DNA of 59,587 nt, filler included, from Sluysia triapertura (GCA_046118255.1; 4 parts of 4 records of this genome joined end to end with filler, not necessarily neighbours in it), one strand, 5' to 3'. Positions 1 to 14,544 are shown, counted from the whole stretch's first letter. Numbers and translations are program-made. Notes: generated by a model from the letters alone, not told the origin.

Positions 1-863
1 TCTATTAACGGTGACGAAATCTTTATGTTTGATTTTAAAATATATCAAAATATTTTAAATTCAAAATATATTAAAATATATCAAAAAATTTATCAAAATA
101 TATCAAGATGTGATAATTTTTAATTTATACTAACATTTAGGCAAACATACTTACACTCCACAGATTATTCAGTGTGCATCAAATAAATATTGTTGCACTG
201 TAATTTAAGGTGTTGTCATCACAACCCTTAAATTGACAATAAATTACAATAACGATAGTAATGTAATAATAATATTAATATTAATAATATTAATTACTAT
301 ATTAAAATAAGGCCACACCTTTTATTAGTTAAGACTACACCTTAACTTTAGAAAATTCAATCGGGTCTACGCCTTTGAATGTTAATATGGACTCGAAGTC
401 AGTATAAGACAAGAAATATAAACGTTATTTTGCAGATTTTCATGAAGTAATATTGTAATAAGTTAGATAAACAAAAAAAAGTTATTATTTTGATAATTAG
501 GAAAATTATTTATTAAATACTGACCATAGGAACAGATTTAAATATTTATTTATGAGAATTTATAAACATAAGTGTTTAGTAATTCCTCTTAAACTTTTTA
601 AATAGTTTTAAAGATCTGTTTAATGATATTAATATGTCGTCACTTTCAACATACAAATTGTGTAACATATACATTGTGTAAGAATATTTAACACTATCAT
701 TAGATTTTAAAATGCCGATAAATTGTATTGGACTTACAAACTTTACACTGTCTTTTGCATTCAAAATATTTAACATAAAATAAACCCCAAATTTTCGTCC
801 TCACAAATAAATAATAACACTAAAAACTTCAAAACATAACCTATGACAAGCTTACAACTGATG

Positions 864-923
864 TGGTTTTCTTAACACTTAACCTACAACAAAATAAAAT
901 TGAGCAAAATCCGGTTACAGTAA
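864..923 (+). repeat. Short dispersed repeat family (other copies at 10951-11020 + and 19038-19108 -)
   Basis: Shared tggtttt(t)cttaa...aacctac...aaaataaaattgag...ccggttacagtaa core seen in three places. Confidence 0.7.
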
Positions 924-3900
924 TTTAAGAAATATTCTAATTCTAGTTTTTTATCAATTGCTCACTTAAATATATTTAGATAACTTGTTATTTTCTTTCG
1001 ATTAAATTATGAATATCTAACAATCATTTAACTATGTATCTGACGTTTTATGGAACCTTAATTCGATAATTTACTTATCTTATTTATGAACTTCGATATA
1101 CTAATTAATAAAAAAATCAGATCAAAAATAAAAATTATTTTTATTATTGTTGTTCTCGTAACTTATAATAATTTAACACATTTTTTAATAATAATAATAA
1201 TAATAACTTTACAGAGCTTCCAAACAACAAAACTGTATAATGTCGGTACATATCATGTTCCCATATTAAAAAGGCTTATGATAAAACTAGCAACATTATC
1301 CTTATTTGAATTTAGAATATAAATTAAGTGCTCAATGTAGGCTAAAAATATATAGTATTCCATTTGTAACTGGGTTAATGGCAATGGATGAGAAAACCAA
1401 ATGAAGTTGACAAAAAATAGTAATAGTATTATGATCATTCATAATAAATTTAATAGGCATTTATTATTTATTAGATGGAACAAAAATTACAAATAACATT
1501 AAACAAAGATATCAATCAATGTAGATCAAGAAAAGTGTGCTAGAATAACAAATAACTCAAAATAGATTTGAATTATTTATTCTTATTATTTCGGGCACTC
1601 AAATTTTGGATTTAGTCTAACATATATTTAATAATAAGGTTTAATTTCCAAACATTTGATTTATCTATTAAGTTTATGTTTTTTAATTGAAGTTTTTTCA
1701 CATTTAATCAGAATATTTAATTTATAATTTATGATCTTAATAAATGTATACCTTTTTGACATTTCTAAATATTCCATTTACTTAATCTGATGGAGTTCAA
1801 AATTTGGAGAGTCTAATTGAATAATAATTGAATAACAATCACATATACTGGCTGTTTATAGTATATATAATTATAACATATTTATCTGAAAATGTCTACA
1901 GAAATATAAAAATGACTCACTCACTTGGTATTCTAAAAGATCTCGTTAGACAAAAATATCATACGTTTATTATAATAAAACAGTTTACAATATTATTATA
2001 AGTCATAATGATACATTTTGATTGTAATTTTAACATTATTTTGAAGTTTGACCATTTTTGACTTTTCGAATTATAATTGTTAAATTTATTTAGCTCATTC
2101 TAAATCTAAATATACATATCTGGTATACAAATAGGTAGACACAAAATCGTGGTAAAAATAATAAATTTATCATAAACAACTATTTATAAATAACAATATT
2201 CTGTACTACTTTCTTTAAGTGTTGTGCTGAAATTGATTTAAATGGTTTTCTAACCGATGTGATGTGTACCTTGATAATATTGGACTTTTATTTGATCAAA
2301 TAATTTATTTAACATTATGTTTTTAAAATAATTCAAAATTTTCTTTATTAAAATACACCTAAATGTTAATATTGTGAAATTATTTTCATATAAAAATCAA
2401 AGCATCCTAATTCAAACTAGAATATTTGACATTAATTTACCAACACTTATTATTAGTACAATTAGATATAAACAAAAGTTATAACTTACAGGTAATACAT
2501 TTCATACAATTAAAACAAAGTTATAATTATTATGAATGCGTAATACTTTGTTTATCATTTATATCTCATTGTTTATTAAGCTTAATTATAGTTATACGTA
2601 CTTATTACAACAATTCGCATAATTTAATTGGTAAAATCACATGACATTTTATTTTGTACTATTTGTATTATATGTATGTTTGATTTTTTTGAAAATATAA
2701 TTACTTATTTAAAATGCATGAGTAATCAATGAGTCATTGTTTTTATTGTAAATCATTTGGCTTGTGTATTATAATAATAATATTTCAGATAGATATAAAT
2801 TTTATGAATTATTTTATATGGTTTATTACATTCAAAAACATTTTTCTATTATTATTAATTGTTTACTTTTATTCTGTAGTTCACGAAATAAGATTTTAAT
2901 AGTTTCGTCTACATTATACGACTTAAAACTCTTAGTAGGCTTGCCTGGATGTATGATTAAAGGATGATGAGTGAGTAATATGTAACATTAAACTTTATCT
3001 ACTTTAATAATTAGCTAACTTTATGATCAGTAAGTCAAAATTAAACAGTTTATTCAAGCAAAGAAATGCAGCATAACAATGTATAAATATTTTACATATT
3101 AAACAAAACTTAATATCTTTTATTAATTAATTTATGGTTTAAAGATAATAAAATAAATTAAATGTTCCAATTAATAGTTTTAATGAAATTTGTTGTCTCG
3201 ATATCTTTTCTCACTTTATTTCAATTTATAGAACTGGATTATGTCGATTTCTTAACTCTAACCTTATTGTCCAATGGTATATGAGTATCTTTAACTTGGC
3301 AAAGATGGAAGTACAGTTTAGATTATTCGATTTATTAATTTTTTTCTCTAAATAAATGCAACTACAAACCAAAAATAACTTATATTAATTAAAACTATTT
3401 ATTAAGCAGACTAATCAAATTTAGCTGGTTACTGCTCATACCAATAATTAGAAATTAGAAACCAAATAAATGTAATATTTGTGCTACTTTCAATAAAATT
3501 ATAAATTAATTATTTATATTAGAACCAATTCAAAGGTAATTACAAAATTCTATTAATTTTATAATATTCTGATGTTTATATACCATTTTTTGATCATTAA
3601 TTATAGTCAATATTTATTCAGTTCTGATAAGTTTCCCTCTAATTAATATTTTTCTCTCTAACCATTTCAGTTCCATAATAATAACTTATTTATACTTGTG
3701 AATCAATTCGACTTTCTATCAATCCTTACTCAAAACTTGTTTAAAATAAACATAAAAAACAAAATAAATTATTTTTATTATCAAAATGACACTATAAATA
3801 AATTTATGTAGGTCGTTAATGAATATTCATAAGTGAAAAAATCTACAACTGAAAAGGTATTTTCACAAAATAAAATAAAACCTTCTTCGTTCATGTTTGT

Positions 3901-4332
3901 ATATTATTTAAAGGTATTTATGAAGATGCTTTTGGAGTTTTAGTTGAGAAAAATTTCTCATCGCTTCTTATGTGTGCATTGATAAATTTATCCTATATTT
4001 TAAAAATCAAGAAAAAATTATTTGTTTTCAATGTGTTACTGTGTTAATTTTTTATCAAAATGTATGAATCGAAGTGTGTCCAAATTTATATCTAGAGATT
4101 GAGAGAAAAAAAGCTCAATCCGACTTCGTGGATTACAAAAATGAACTTTTAACAAAATATGTCTCTTAACATTTTATTAGTTAAATTAGTAAGTTCGTTA
4201 CACATAGTTTGAGTTAAAATCTATACGTAAAATATTAAGCTTTAGGCCAATCACAAAATCAATTTAAAAATATTTATTTTCCAAAAAAGAAATTATTTTC
4301 GAAAAAAGAAAATTCGCTTCTAAAAATAGAAT

Positions 4333-4396
4333 AGAAACTTCTAGAATGTTCTAGAACATTCCATCGATTCTTATTGGGTGATAAATAATATATAAA
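4333..4396 (+). promoter_or_regulatory. Six-pentamer heat-shock element followed by ATTGG and TATA box, inside an LTR-like repeat (partial copy at ~49598-49730, -)
   Basis: aGAAa cTTCt aGAAt gTTCt aGAAc aTTCc at 4333-4362, attgg at ~4374, TATATAAA at 4389-4396. Confidence 0.6.
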
Positions 4397-5978
4397 CTAG
4401 CATCAGTTTAATTTAGTAACCATTTGTTAATTGCCAATTTGGATTTAGCTTCTATTTTCATTTTATAATTTTACTATTATACAGTGTTACAACTTTATTT
4501 CATTTGTTCCGCCATTTTGAAAGTTGGAAATTTTATTCACTTTGATTTAATTCAATCGACATTTTGGTGATTCGTTCCAGCTTTCATTTCGTTTTAGTTT
4601 TTCTCATTCCATGAAAGAATAAACTTTTATTATCAAGAGCATTTTGATTTTAATTATTAAAATATTTAAATTTCGATTTAAATATTTCATTTTATTGTAA
4701 GATCCCCGATATACTGAGGGGAACTTTAACCTAAACTTTGAGAAGATTTGAATATAAATCCCACAAAGTTTTTAATCTTAAAATAATTATTTGATTTTTG
4801 TTTTTAACTTTTTGAATACTTTTTAGTTATGTATAAAACATTACTGTAATAAAATCGTTATTCGTTGAATTTTGGATTTTGTTTCAATTACATAAGTTTT
4901 AATAATATAATATAAGACCATGTTAAGGCAGTTTTTAATCACATACTTAGTTAGAGACATATAAAGGTATAAAAATTTTTATTTTTATTTTTGTATTTAA
5001 AAAATTTTTGTAAAAAGAATATTAAAAAATTGTATAAAAAATTATTATTTAAAAAATTATATAAAAATCAATTTAAAATATAAATTCACTAATCTTTAGT
5101 TTGTTCTTAAGGTCAATTATAAAATCATTATTACAAGGTAGAGTCTCTCGGCTAGACCTTTGTTATAACTTAAATTTAATCATTATTATAGTTTTATTAT
5201 TTATAAACTTTTGTTAGTATTAATCATTGTGTTTCGAGTTCTTATAAATTAACAATATTTTTTTATTTTTAGTTGTATAATAAAATTTAAACCCTTTAAG
5301 TCTTATTTTATTATAATTCTTTTTACGCAAATATTGTAAAACAAGTCGAGTTTATATTCTTCATATTACGATCATTATATTAAGATTTAATTAAGAAGTG
5401 AAGATCTAGAAAACAACACGTTTCTACACAAATATTATTAATTTGATTTTTACATAAACTTAAATATTACAGACGCTAGTGTTGGTCATAATTATTTTTT
5501 AAGTTATCTAGTATCAAGCGATTTTGCACATTATTGATAAGTTAAGGCAAAGATTAATCTTAATAATTGTTTTCACGTAATTTGACAAGTACGCCATTAG
5601 TAAGTCGTATACTTTAAACCGACTCAGAATAATAAATTATTTTGCTGAATTAAGAAAAACTCAGCAATATGATATATTGCATTAGTTTATCAAATATCGA
5701 ATTGCCTCTTTACGATATTACACTTGCACAACTCTGATGAAACTAATCGGAAGTACAGTGGTAGTATAGTGATCCGAACTTGACGATAATGACGGGTCGG
5801 TGCAAATAAAAATTCGAAATGTAAACATTTTCTTATCGGACCATCTTCGACATATAACAGATTACATAAGCGTTTCAATGTTTATGTTAAATTAGCTTCG
5901 CAAATTAGAGGACCGCAAAGGGTTAATTGCTGCTTTATTAGCAATAGCAATAATTACATAAATATTTCTTTAATTTAG

Positions 5979-6050
5979 GGTGAAAATGATATCGAACAAT
6001 TATGTTGTGTATTAAAAGTACTTGGAACGCCAAATGAAGAAATATGGCCG
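5979..6050 (+). CDS. CDK20: CDK20/CCRK-like kinase, internal exon (GENDIEQLCCVLKVLGTPNEEIWP)
   Basis: ttttaatttag acceptor, GT donor at 6051, 72 nt phase 0; peptide matches the CDK20-type G-x-N-D-I-E-Q-L-C motif. Upstream exons not found in 1-5978. Confidence 0.88.
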
Positions 6051-6153
6051 GTTTGTGTTGTAACTTCATTTAAATAAAAATATTTTCTATTCTTAGTTTT
6101 TAAAGTATATTTATTTAAAGTATATTTAAAGTACATTTTATTTATATATTAAG

Positions 6154-6309
6154 GAACTTGTAGATTTGCCGGATTATGGTAAAGTTAGTTTTGCACCTTG
6201 TCGTCCGATACCTTTTGAAACAATATTACCTGATGCTCCTATAGAAGCTATTGAATTAATTGAAAAAATTCTTGTTTATTCATCAAAGAAACGATTATCT
6301 GCTACAGAA
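6154..6309 (+). CDS. CDK20: CDK20/CCRK-like kinase, penultimate exon (ELVDLPDYGKVSF...KKRLSATE)
   Basis: AG/GT bounded, 156 nt, in frame after a 103-nt intron; LPDYxKxSF and LPDA motifs typical of the CDK20 C-lobe. Confidence 0.88.
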
Positions 6310-8413
6310 GTTTGTTTGTATTTTGTAAAATTTATAGCTTTATAGTATGCTTTTAAATTTTTATTAATTTTCGTTTAGACTTTGTCTCCTAATTCCTTTA
6401 ACTCAAATTACTTAAATGTGATTGTTTCACTCTGAAACCGTGATCGAGTAACTTTTAATTTCTAAATCTTTTGTTGATTTAAGGTTAAATTTCCTTTTAT
6501 ATTTTGAGAAAAAATATTTCTACTTTATCTAACTCTGGCTTTGTAAGTTTGTGTATTCTTATTGCTATTTACTTGCTTTATATCAGTTGAAAAACTTTTT
6601 CTCTTATATCACTAAATGGCTTAGTATAAATTTATAAATTAACTTTTACTTAATTCACTTAAGACAACAATTCTTCTATTCATTTAAAATCGATTTCTTT
6701 TTTATAATCTAAGTCTGAAGGTTTGGTTCAGTACTAGTCTCTTAAACAAATAAAATAATTCTATTCAATAAAATAATTTTATTCAAATAATTCTATATAT
6801 TAATAATTATGTTTAAAGTTACAAACAAAATACAAATTTTTTATTGATGAGTATTTGATTTTATAAAATTTAATATAATTTTATGAATTTTATTCAAGAA
6901 TAATAGATTACTAACTTTTTCTAAATTGCTGGTAACTTAACTTAATTATTATTATTAATTATTTTATTATTTTATTTTAAAGTATGCGATTTACTTTTAT
7001 TATTTAAAAGACTCGGCTCTATGCTTTTAAATTGTAATATTAAAGTCTGCCTGATTTGTCGTGATAAACTTATAAGATTGGTTACTTAATTTCTTTACAT
7101 GTCGACCTATCTCCAGGTTAATCACCTGATACCTAGACTTAGTTCTCTATAAATGGTCAATTAGTAATGATTGAAAATAAACTTCTTTACATATTATAAC
7201 AATTAAATGATTTTATGATTCTTTCTAAGCGTTACTAAGTATCAGTAACAATAAAAAACTAAGCTTTATTATGTAACACAAAACCACAAAAAGTGCAAAT
7301 AATTTCATTAGTCATTCAAAAAAGAATTTACATTTAATTATTTTAACAATGTTTATGGAAATTAGCATTGTTTTTCGAAAATTTTGCCTTTTAAGAATGA
7401 TACGTGCGACCATTATAAAGAAAACTAGAAATTTAAAGGTATTAAGAGGTCGAATTCTGCCAAACCATTTGTGAAGTCCAATGACAAAATAAAAAAGACT
7501 TGAAATAATTGATGAATCCATTTCTTTAGCAATCTTTATTAATTATTTTTATAAAATTAGAATTAAAAAGAAATTTCACATGATAGATGTACTCGCTTTT
7601 AGGAACCAGTTTTGAAACCTAGGAAATTGTTTTTAATTAACAAACAAGGTGGATGTTTTGTTGTTAAAATAACAAAAAAAGATACGAGATTACAACGGTT
7701 ATGAATCGTATTAAATTTGTGTTGTAGATATTGAAAACAAGCTTATTTAAAATACAATATGATGATTTTGCTATACACTGTGAGTAATAAATAATTCTGA
7801 ACTTATTTTAGAATTAAAAAAAATATCAGATTGGAGAAGCTGAATTTTTCATTAAATTATTATTTAAAAATATTTGTTTTATTGCTTTATTTAATAAAAT
7901 ATGGTTGACATCGGTATTAATTTAAAAAATGGAATATCGAATGAAAATGTTTTTTTATTAATAGCAATTCACTCAGAAAACAAATAGAGATTATAGAAGA
8001 TAAACTAATGAAAAGAGGCTGCTTCAAGAATTTCAAATCAGATTAATAAAACTTTAATGAACTTAATGAAGCAATGGCATATCAGTAATATCAAAGAAAG
8101 TGGCAAGTTTGGAAACTAAATAATAATCAAGTCATTATTTTGGAACGGTTACTAACAGATAAATACTAATGTATATTAAATGTATACTAATGTATAAATA
8201 CTAATGTATATTATGAATATCGATGTGAATGACTTATATTTTACAAACCTCAAGTTAGAAGCTAAAGGTTGAATTTTTTGAATGAATCAAATCAATTTAA
8301 TGGTGATGCTTCAAAAATTAAGTGATTAGATAACATGTGACAGTCTACTTTCTAATGTAATCGAATTTAGCAATTTTTACCATTTCAGTGCATGAAAAAT
8401 TGAGCCACAAAAA

Positions 8414-8724
8414 ATGAAATATACTTTTAACACATTCTTTGCTGGAAATGAGTTAACACGCTCTGCACATAGTATCGCTAGTGTGCGAGAGCCAACAAAA
8501 CTCTGATCGTTAGAAAGCGGATGTTTGAGAATCGCTGATTAATTATGTTATGGTTACAGTTCAGATAATTTGTAAGCATTTAATAAAATACGTTAAAATA
8601 CCCTCATAGAATGTGTTAATGCAAGGTGAATTCATCATTGTTTTTTGTGGGAAGTATAATATTGGTGCGTATTTATATAAACTTATTGCTGTAAACTTTA
8701 ACTTGTTCTAAAAATGAACCCTTA
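8414..8724 (+). pseudogene. Decayed MCM-family AAA+ fragment inside the CDK20 intron
   Basis: One frame with many stops reads ASVREPTKL*SLESGCLRIAD ... TLIECV ... LVLKMNP, co-linear with MCM motifs WxLEAGALVLAD / LHEAME / AAANP. Confidence 0.38.
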
Positions 8725-9772
8725 AAAATGTGGAAAAAGACGATTTGTGTGAATCCACAAAAATTAATAATACTATATTTATATATTAATATATAATGAA
8801 TTACTAAAAATAATAACGAATCACCAATTGATTTCAAAATGTAGAATAACTAATCTGAAATAATTATTTTTCTTATTAAAAATCATCTATTTAATCAGAA
8901 ATTTATTTTTTTGGATATGAAACGAACTGTAATCAAAATATGCAAATAAGCGAATACAAAACAAATTATTTATGCTTATTAATTTTCATAATAGAGGATA
9001 CTTGTTCATTATTGCAATGATAGTTAATCATAAGTAATATATTAAGATTGTTGTATAAAGTACAATGGTAGTCCAACTTGGATAGAATTGAGTTTTCAAA
9101 ATTTTGAAACAAATAATTTATTATGTTACAAATATAATCAAAATATGAGAATTGAAGCTATGCATTTGAAAAAATAACTGATTTTCCTTTGTATAACCAA
9201 GTTAAAATTTATTGGACAAAATTAATTTGTCTGGGATTAGATAAAATGTTTTAAGTATAATATAAAAAATAATTGGGTTGTAAATAATGCGATAAAATGG
9301 TTTACTTTTTAAATGTCAGCTTTATCTAAGCAAGTATTTTGTAGTATAAATGTTATTAATGACCTTCATCAATTAGTATACTAACGTGTTGGTTTGTTTG
9401 TTTATGTTCTTTGTGTGTTAGGGAATTTTTTAGAAATTAAAAATGTAATTATATTTTATTACGAATTTAACATTATATCATGACATTTCGATGTCAGACT
9501 TAATGTTAAACCGAACACTACTTACATAATATTTGATATGACATAGTAATGTTTTCATAATACTAACTTATCATAGTGTTTTAGTAAAACTTTAATTGTT
9601 AATTTATTTAAACAAGATTAACCATTTTTAGATATAAAATATGTACAAATTTTAATTCAAAAATTAATGTTACTTATTATATTATTTTATAATTGAAATT
9701 TACCTTAAAAATAATTCATAATAGTAACAGTAAAACCAATAAGAATTTATGTTTTAATATTTTTGATTTTAG

Positions 9773-9970
9773 GCTTTGTTACATCCATACTTTTTTCATC
9801 CACCATTACCAACTCCTCGAGCCAATCTTCCACGACCTAAAAGAAATAAAACATTTACTGGTCACGGACATCTTCTTTATGAAACAAGTCCAGATGTTCC
9901 GATTGAGGATTCATGTGTTGATCCTTCTCTCCTTAATTCCGGTTCCAAACTATCTGATTTTTATGAATAA
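9773..9970 (+). CDS. CDK20: CDK20/CCRK-like kinase, last exon (ALLHPYFFHPPLP...DFYE*)
   Basis: ttttag acceptor at 9771-9772; ALLHPYFFxxPLP is the CDK-family end motif; joins the previous exon in phase 0 across a 3463-nt intron. Confidence 0.85.
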   Translation, partial: ALLHPYFFHPPLPTPRANLPRPKRNKTFTGHGHLLYETSPDVPIEDSCVDPSLLNSGSKLSDFYE

Positions 9971-12249
9971 ATTGTTTATTTTTTATTATTATTAAAGTAT
10001 TTAAAATTGCTCAAATGAAAATACTTAAGTTTAACTTATTTTGAACATTGATAGACGCTACTAATGTTCTAATAGCGTCTATAATCATTAGTATAATAGT
10101 AATAAATAATAAATTAATGTAATAATAATGATTGCACTAATATCTACTATGAAATTAGTAATAAAAAAATCTGGAATAGGTTATTTGGCATCATATTTCT
10201 GAAATAAGAACTTTGTATTCTTTTTTAAATAATTTATAATCTTTTATTTGACATCCTCTAGTACCTTATAGTTTTTAAAATAAAACTAATAGTAAACTAT
10301 ATTTTATAAATTATGAACTATATTTGTTTTGGTTTGCTGATGTTTACTCTTTCCATGACATTACAGAACTTCCCTAATATTTTTGTGTCTTAATTTAATA
10401 ACTAAGAAAATAGTTGCTAAACAGTCAATTACAAACACTGTAATATACTATTATTAACCTAAAAATTACCCTACGACATAATCAGGGTGAAACTGCTCAT
10501 TAGGATTTCTTCCTAGATAGGTGGCTTGTCATCCAACACGTGAAAGGACGACTGATCACTAAAACACAAAATCAAAGAAAAACATTTAAAATGTAATATG
10601 TTCCAACGTAAGATTAGATTTGGCATTAAAAAAGTACAATATTTTATAAAATAAAATAATTGAAAAATATAATAGAAATTAATTGATATTTTTGATTATT
10701 AGTAAAAAAATAAAAATCATCAAAAAAGGTACACTGATTTTTAATTATCTCTAAATACACAGAATGAACTTTAAAAGGAATATAAAAAGTATAAGTTAAG
10801 TTAATAAAAATAGTAATAAAAGAAAGACTAATTATGGAAACTGATCTGACGTTATCGCGTTGTTACAGTTTTATTTGAAACAAGTTTACTTTATCATTTA
10901 TGAGTTGAATCATAAAAGATTGTGGAGAGTTAACTAAATCAATATTCCTCTGGTTTTTCTTAATATTAAACCTACGGCAAAATAAAATTGAGTAGGGTCC
11001 GGCTACAGTAAGCGTCTTACAACTAATAATTGGCACCTCTGTATTTTAAAAGTGAAAAAGTTATGCTTAATTTACTTAATCTTGCTTCTAATACCTAGAG
11101 GGTCAGAAAATCTATTTATCTATTAAAAAATATCCAAAATTAAATTTTATTATCAAAAATACAAGAAAATTAATTACGATAATAATAATAGTAATGATAA
11201 TATAATTTGCAATCAAAATTCTTTACAAATATTTGATTTTTAATTTATAAATTTTAATGAAAGGTTCCTCTCATTACATCGAGGAAATGAAAAGAGTTAA
11301 TTAAATAAATTATTTTAAGTAAATTTTATTATTTTTATCTTCTCCTGGAAAATAAAAATACCTTACAAAAAACAAATTACCGTTAACATGAAAAATAATT
11401 TTTGTAAAAGTTATAAATTTTATTTCAAAAAATAATAAATTAATTGAAACCTTAGTTTACAATTTTCGTCATAGTACTGAATATTTATTCAAAAATAATA
11501 CACATAATTCATGTTTACAATATTTTCTAATATTTGATATTTTCTTTAATTGATATTTAAACTTCTTTCTGTTACAATTATTTTATTGCTGTTATTTTAA
11601 AAAATTATTAAAAATTATATTTTATTAATACGTTTAATATTATTGATTTATAATTAAAATTTCATTGATTACAAGCGAACATTAAAATGTGTAATAACTT
11701 TGTTACACTTTAACTTCTTATTTTAAAATTGTCAGAAATAAATCTTCAATCTACACTACAGTTTATTCTGCAAAGGAAACCATTTCAAAGTGTTGTGATG
11801 AAAACCTAACAAAAGCACACTCACTGGAAGTTATCGGAAAAGGAATATTTTAAAATTAGTAAAAATATCGAAATTCAGTGTAGTTTTTCAAATACTAAAT
11901 TTTGTCAAAAACAGAATATAGTATTATTTATTATTACGTCTGGAATTCATATGGATGTAATTCTATTTATGATTACTTAACAAAATGTAAACATGTCCGT
12001 TATAATGTCTTTAATAGAAATTTTCTAAAACCTAAAGTAAATAACATATTGGACATTATGGGTAAAATAATTTTAATAGAATTATTGGTGGAGGGCTTGG
12101 CATACGACTTAAATTTATTTTTAAATTTAAATTTTTTTATTTTTATTCGTAACCTTAAAACATTAGATTTGATATAAAATTTGTGATCTTTCTTACAGAT
12201 TAACTTTAACTATATTAACAATCTTTTTAGCCTTAAGGGATTTTAAAAC

Positions 12250-12960
12250 TTTATTAAATTAAGTTCAGACAACATAATTAAAAGAGCAACAATTTTATAT
12301 TAAATAATAAAATAACGAAATTTAACACCAAAATTAAGCACGCAATCTTGTAACAATGCATTATTGGGATTTACTAAAATATTATCAACTGAATTTTTTG
12401 CTTCCTATATTTCAATTTTCTTTCGTTCGAACTCGTTAAATTTAAAATAATCTCCGATACATATTTGCTTAAAATGACAATATGGTTTTATGTATATCGG
12501 TTTGTATCGTATAAATACTGTTTGTGGCAAAAGAATCTTTTCTACGTTTTCATGATTTATTACATTGTATATATCGTTTTTATTTATACAAATTAAATCT
12601 GACAAATTGTCGAAAATGAGCATTCTTTGAAAGATACAAATATATTTATCCTTTTGATTATAATCAAATATTACAGTGGCATATAGTAAACGATTAACTG
12701 CTATGTTTTCTAACAGTTCAAAGATAGCAGAAAAATATCAAACAAATTTCGACATTTCAACAAATCTACATAATTTTGTTTATCAAATGAAAATTCTACC
12801 AAGCAGAAACTACTTAAAACTGTATAGATGCCCATATATTGCAACGGCAGCATTTTTCAAATGAAGTAAAATAACAATTTCCTTTTACGTATCTAAGAGT
12901 TAACTCACATATAATAAACATTTGTACAAAGTTAGATTTTGGTGGATGATATGTTTTAAC
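12250..12960 (-). mobile_element. Possible decayed DNA-transposon (CACTA/EnSpm-like) coding remnant
   Basis: Broken frames with LHLKNAAVAIYGHLYSF and a later QDCVL; weak motif resemblance only. Confidence 0.28.
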
Positions 12961-13244
12961 GTCAGTGATACGTGAATTTTGACAGATACTAATTGCAAAT
13001 TTGCATGTAAAATATAATTAGTTTTCATTATACGAATATACTTCGTCAATTTTACTAAAAATAACCTGTTAATTAATAGAATTGTCCGTTATCATTAGTT
13101 AATACCAAATTTCATATTATTGCTAGTTGCAAATATTGATTTGTTGTACGTTATTAATTATTAGTTAAAATAGATAAGAATAATAATTTTAAAATTATTT
13201 TCAAGATTTAACCAATTTTTCTTTTAATTCATGTTCCGACTTTT

Positions 13245-13710
13245 TGTAGAATAATTCTTAAATTTATGAAATGGTATAATTTTCCTTCTGTTCATCGTAG
13301 ATCTAAATATGTCTAACAAAAATAAAAATAATAATAATAATGGATATACAAGAAACAATAAATAAATATGCATTCACAAAATAAACAATTTAACAATATA
13401 ATGAAATAGATGTAGCAGAAATAGCAATAAGAAATATATACATAAAGATTAGCATAGATACAAGCAAAAGAGGAACAACAAAACTACCATTATAACAACA
13501 ATAGTCATAAACAATGTAACAACAATAGTTATCATAGCAACAATCAGAAAATTATTATATCAATAGTAATTGTAAAACTATGGTAATTATAAATTATTAT
13601 GACTGTGTTTGTGTTTTGAATATATCGAGTAACTTGTTTAACATTTTATTTATGTATAAAGTGGTGATTTGTGATGGTGTTTGTTTGTCATTATTATGAG
13701 TTAATTTAAA
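13245..13710 (-). mobile_element. Solo-LTR-like repeat family R1, diverged copy
   Basis: Shares ttattatgactgtgtttgtgtttt...gtgtttgtttgtcattattatgagtt with copies at 28.3, 36.3, 53.9 and 55.9 kb; ends approximate. Confidence 0.55.
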
Positions 13711-14145
13711 GTTCCTTATAATAACCTATTCAAAATTACGTATCAAATGATTCAAAAATATTGAAATTTTTGTAAATAATAAAGGAAAAATTGATGTGTT
13801 TCATATTGATTTATCAGAATATTAATGAAATGTAATAGAATCTCTTATTATTGATAATTTTATTGGGATATTTCCAAAATTATTTGTACAATTTAAAAAT
13901 GAAAAATTTAAATCTATGACAGTTGTTACATCGTTAAGAAAATATAGCTCAAATGTGATGTAAGTTTTTCTAGACAAATGCAAATTGTTATCTGTACGTT
14001 TTAAAAGTATTTTATTGACGTAATAGTACCTTTTATTTTGTAACATGTTTATCAAGAGATGAAGTCCATAAAACATACAGTACGTTTAATCGTTTATTTA
14101 ACGACAATAAATTTGTTGCTTCGTGTTTAAATAATGATTAAATAT

Positions 14146-14544
14146 TGTAGTGAGATGATTGTTTACACATATTGCGGTGTTCATAATACATTTACTGTTT
14201 GCATCTATGTATTTTATTATTACTTATTACATTGCTATCTTAATTATGTTATTATCATTTTTATTTAAATCAAAATTTTATGATGAAATAATTCAAAAAC
14301 TCCGTTAGGGTTTAGTCAAATATCTTCTTAAAGCAATTATTTTAATCATGCTTTTTTTACGAATACTGCTATACACTTCCATGTTATCACGGCAAGTATG
14401 TGTTCTTATGTTAATATATTCCTAGTCTATTATGATTCGATGAAAACTATAATATATTTATGCATAATATTGTTTATATATGACATATTACACAGTAAAT
14501 ATGTGAGAGTTATTATTTTACAACAATAATTATATTCTATTACA
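14146..14544 (+). mobile_element. Candidate solo LTR (TGTAGTG...TTACA) with atat/atat flanks
   Basis: TG...CA termini and a 4-bp direct repeat; an AT-only TSD could be chance. Confidence 0.3.

Noticed and set aside
576-2967. Short Ile/Leu/Phe/Asn/Lys-rich ORFs here and across the window
   Set aside because: Expected by chance in AT-rich DNA or derived from repeats and microsatellites; no motifs.
5900-5926. piggyBac element ending gaccgcaaagggTTAA
   Set aside because: Only one terminus visible; no matching left TIR found.
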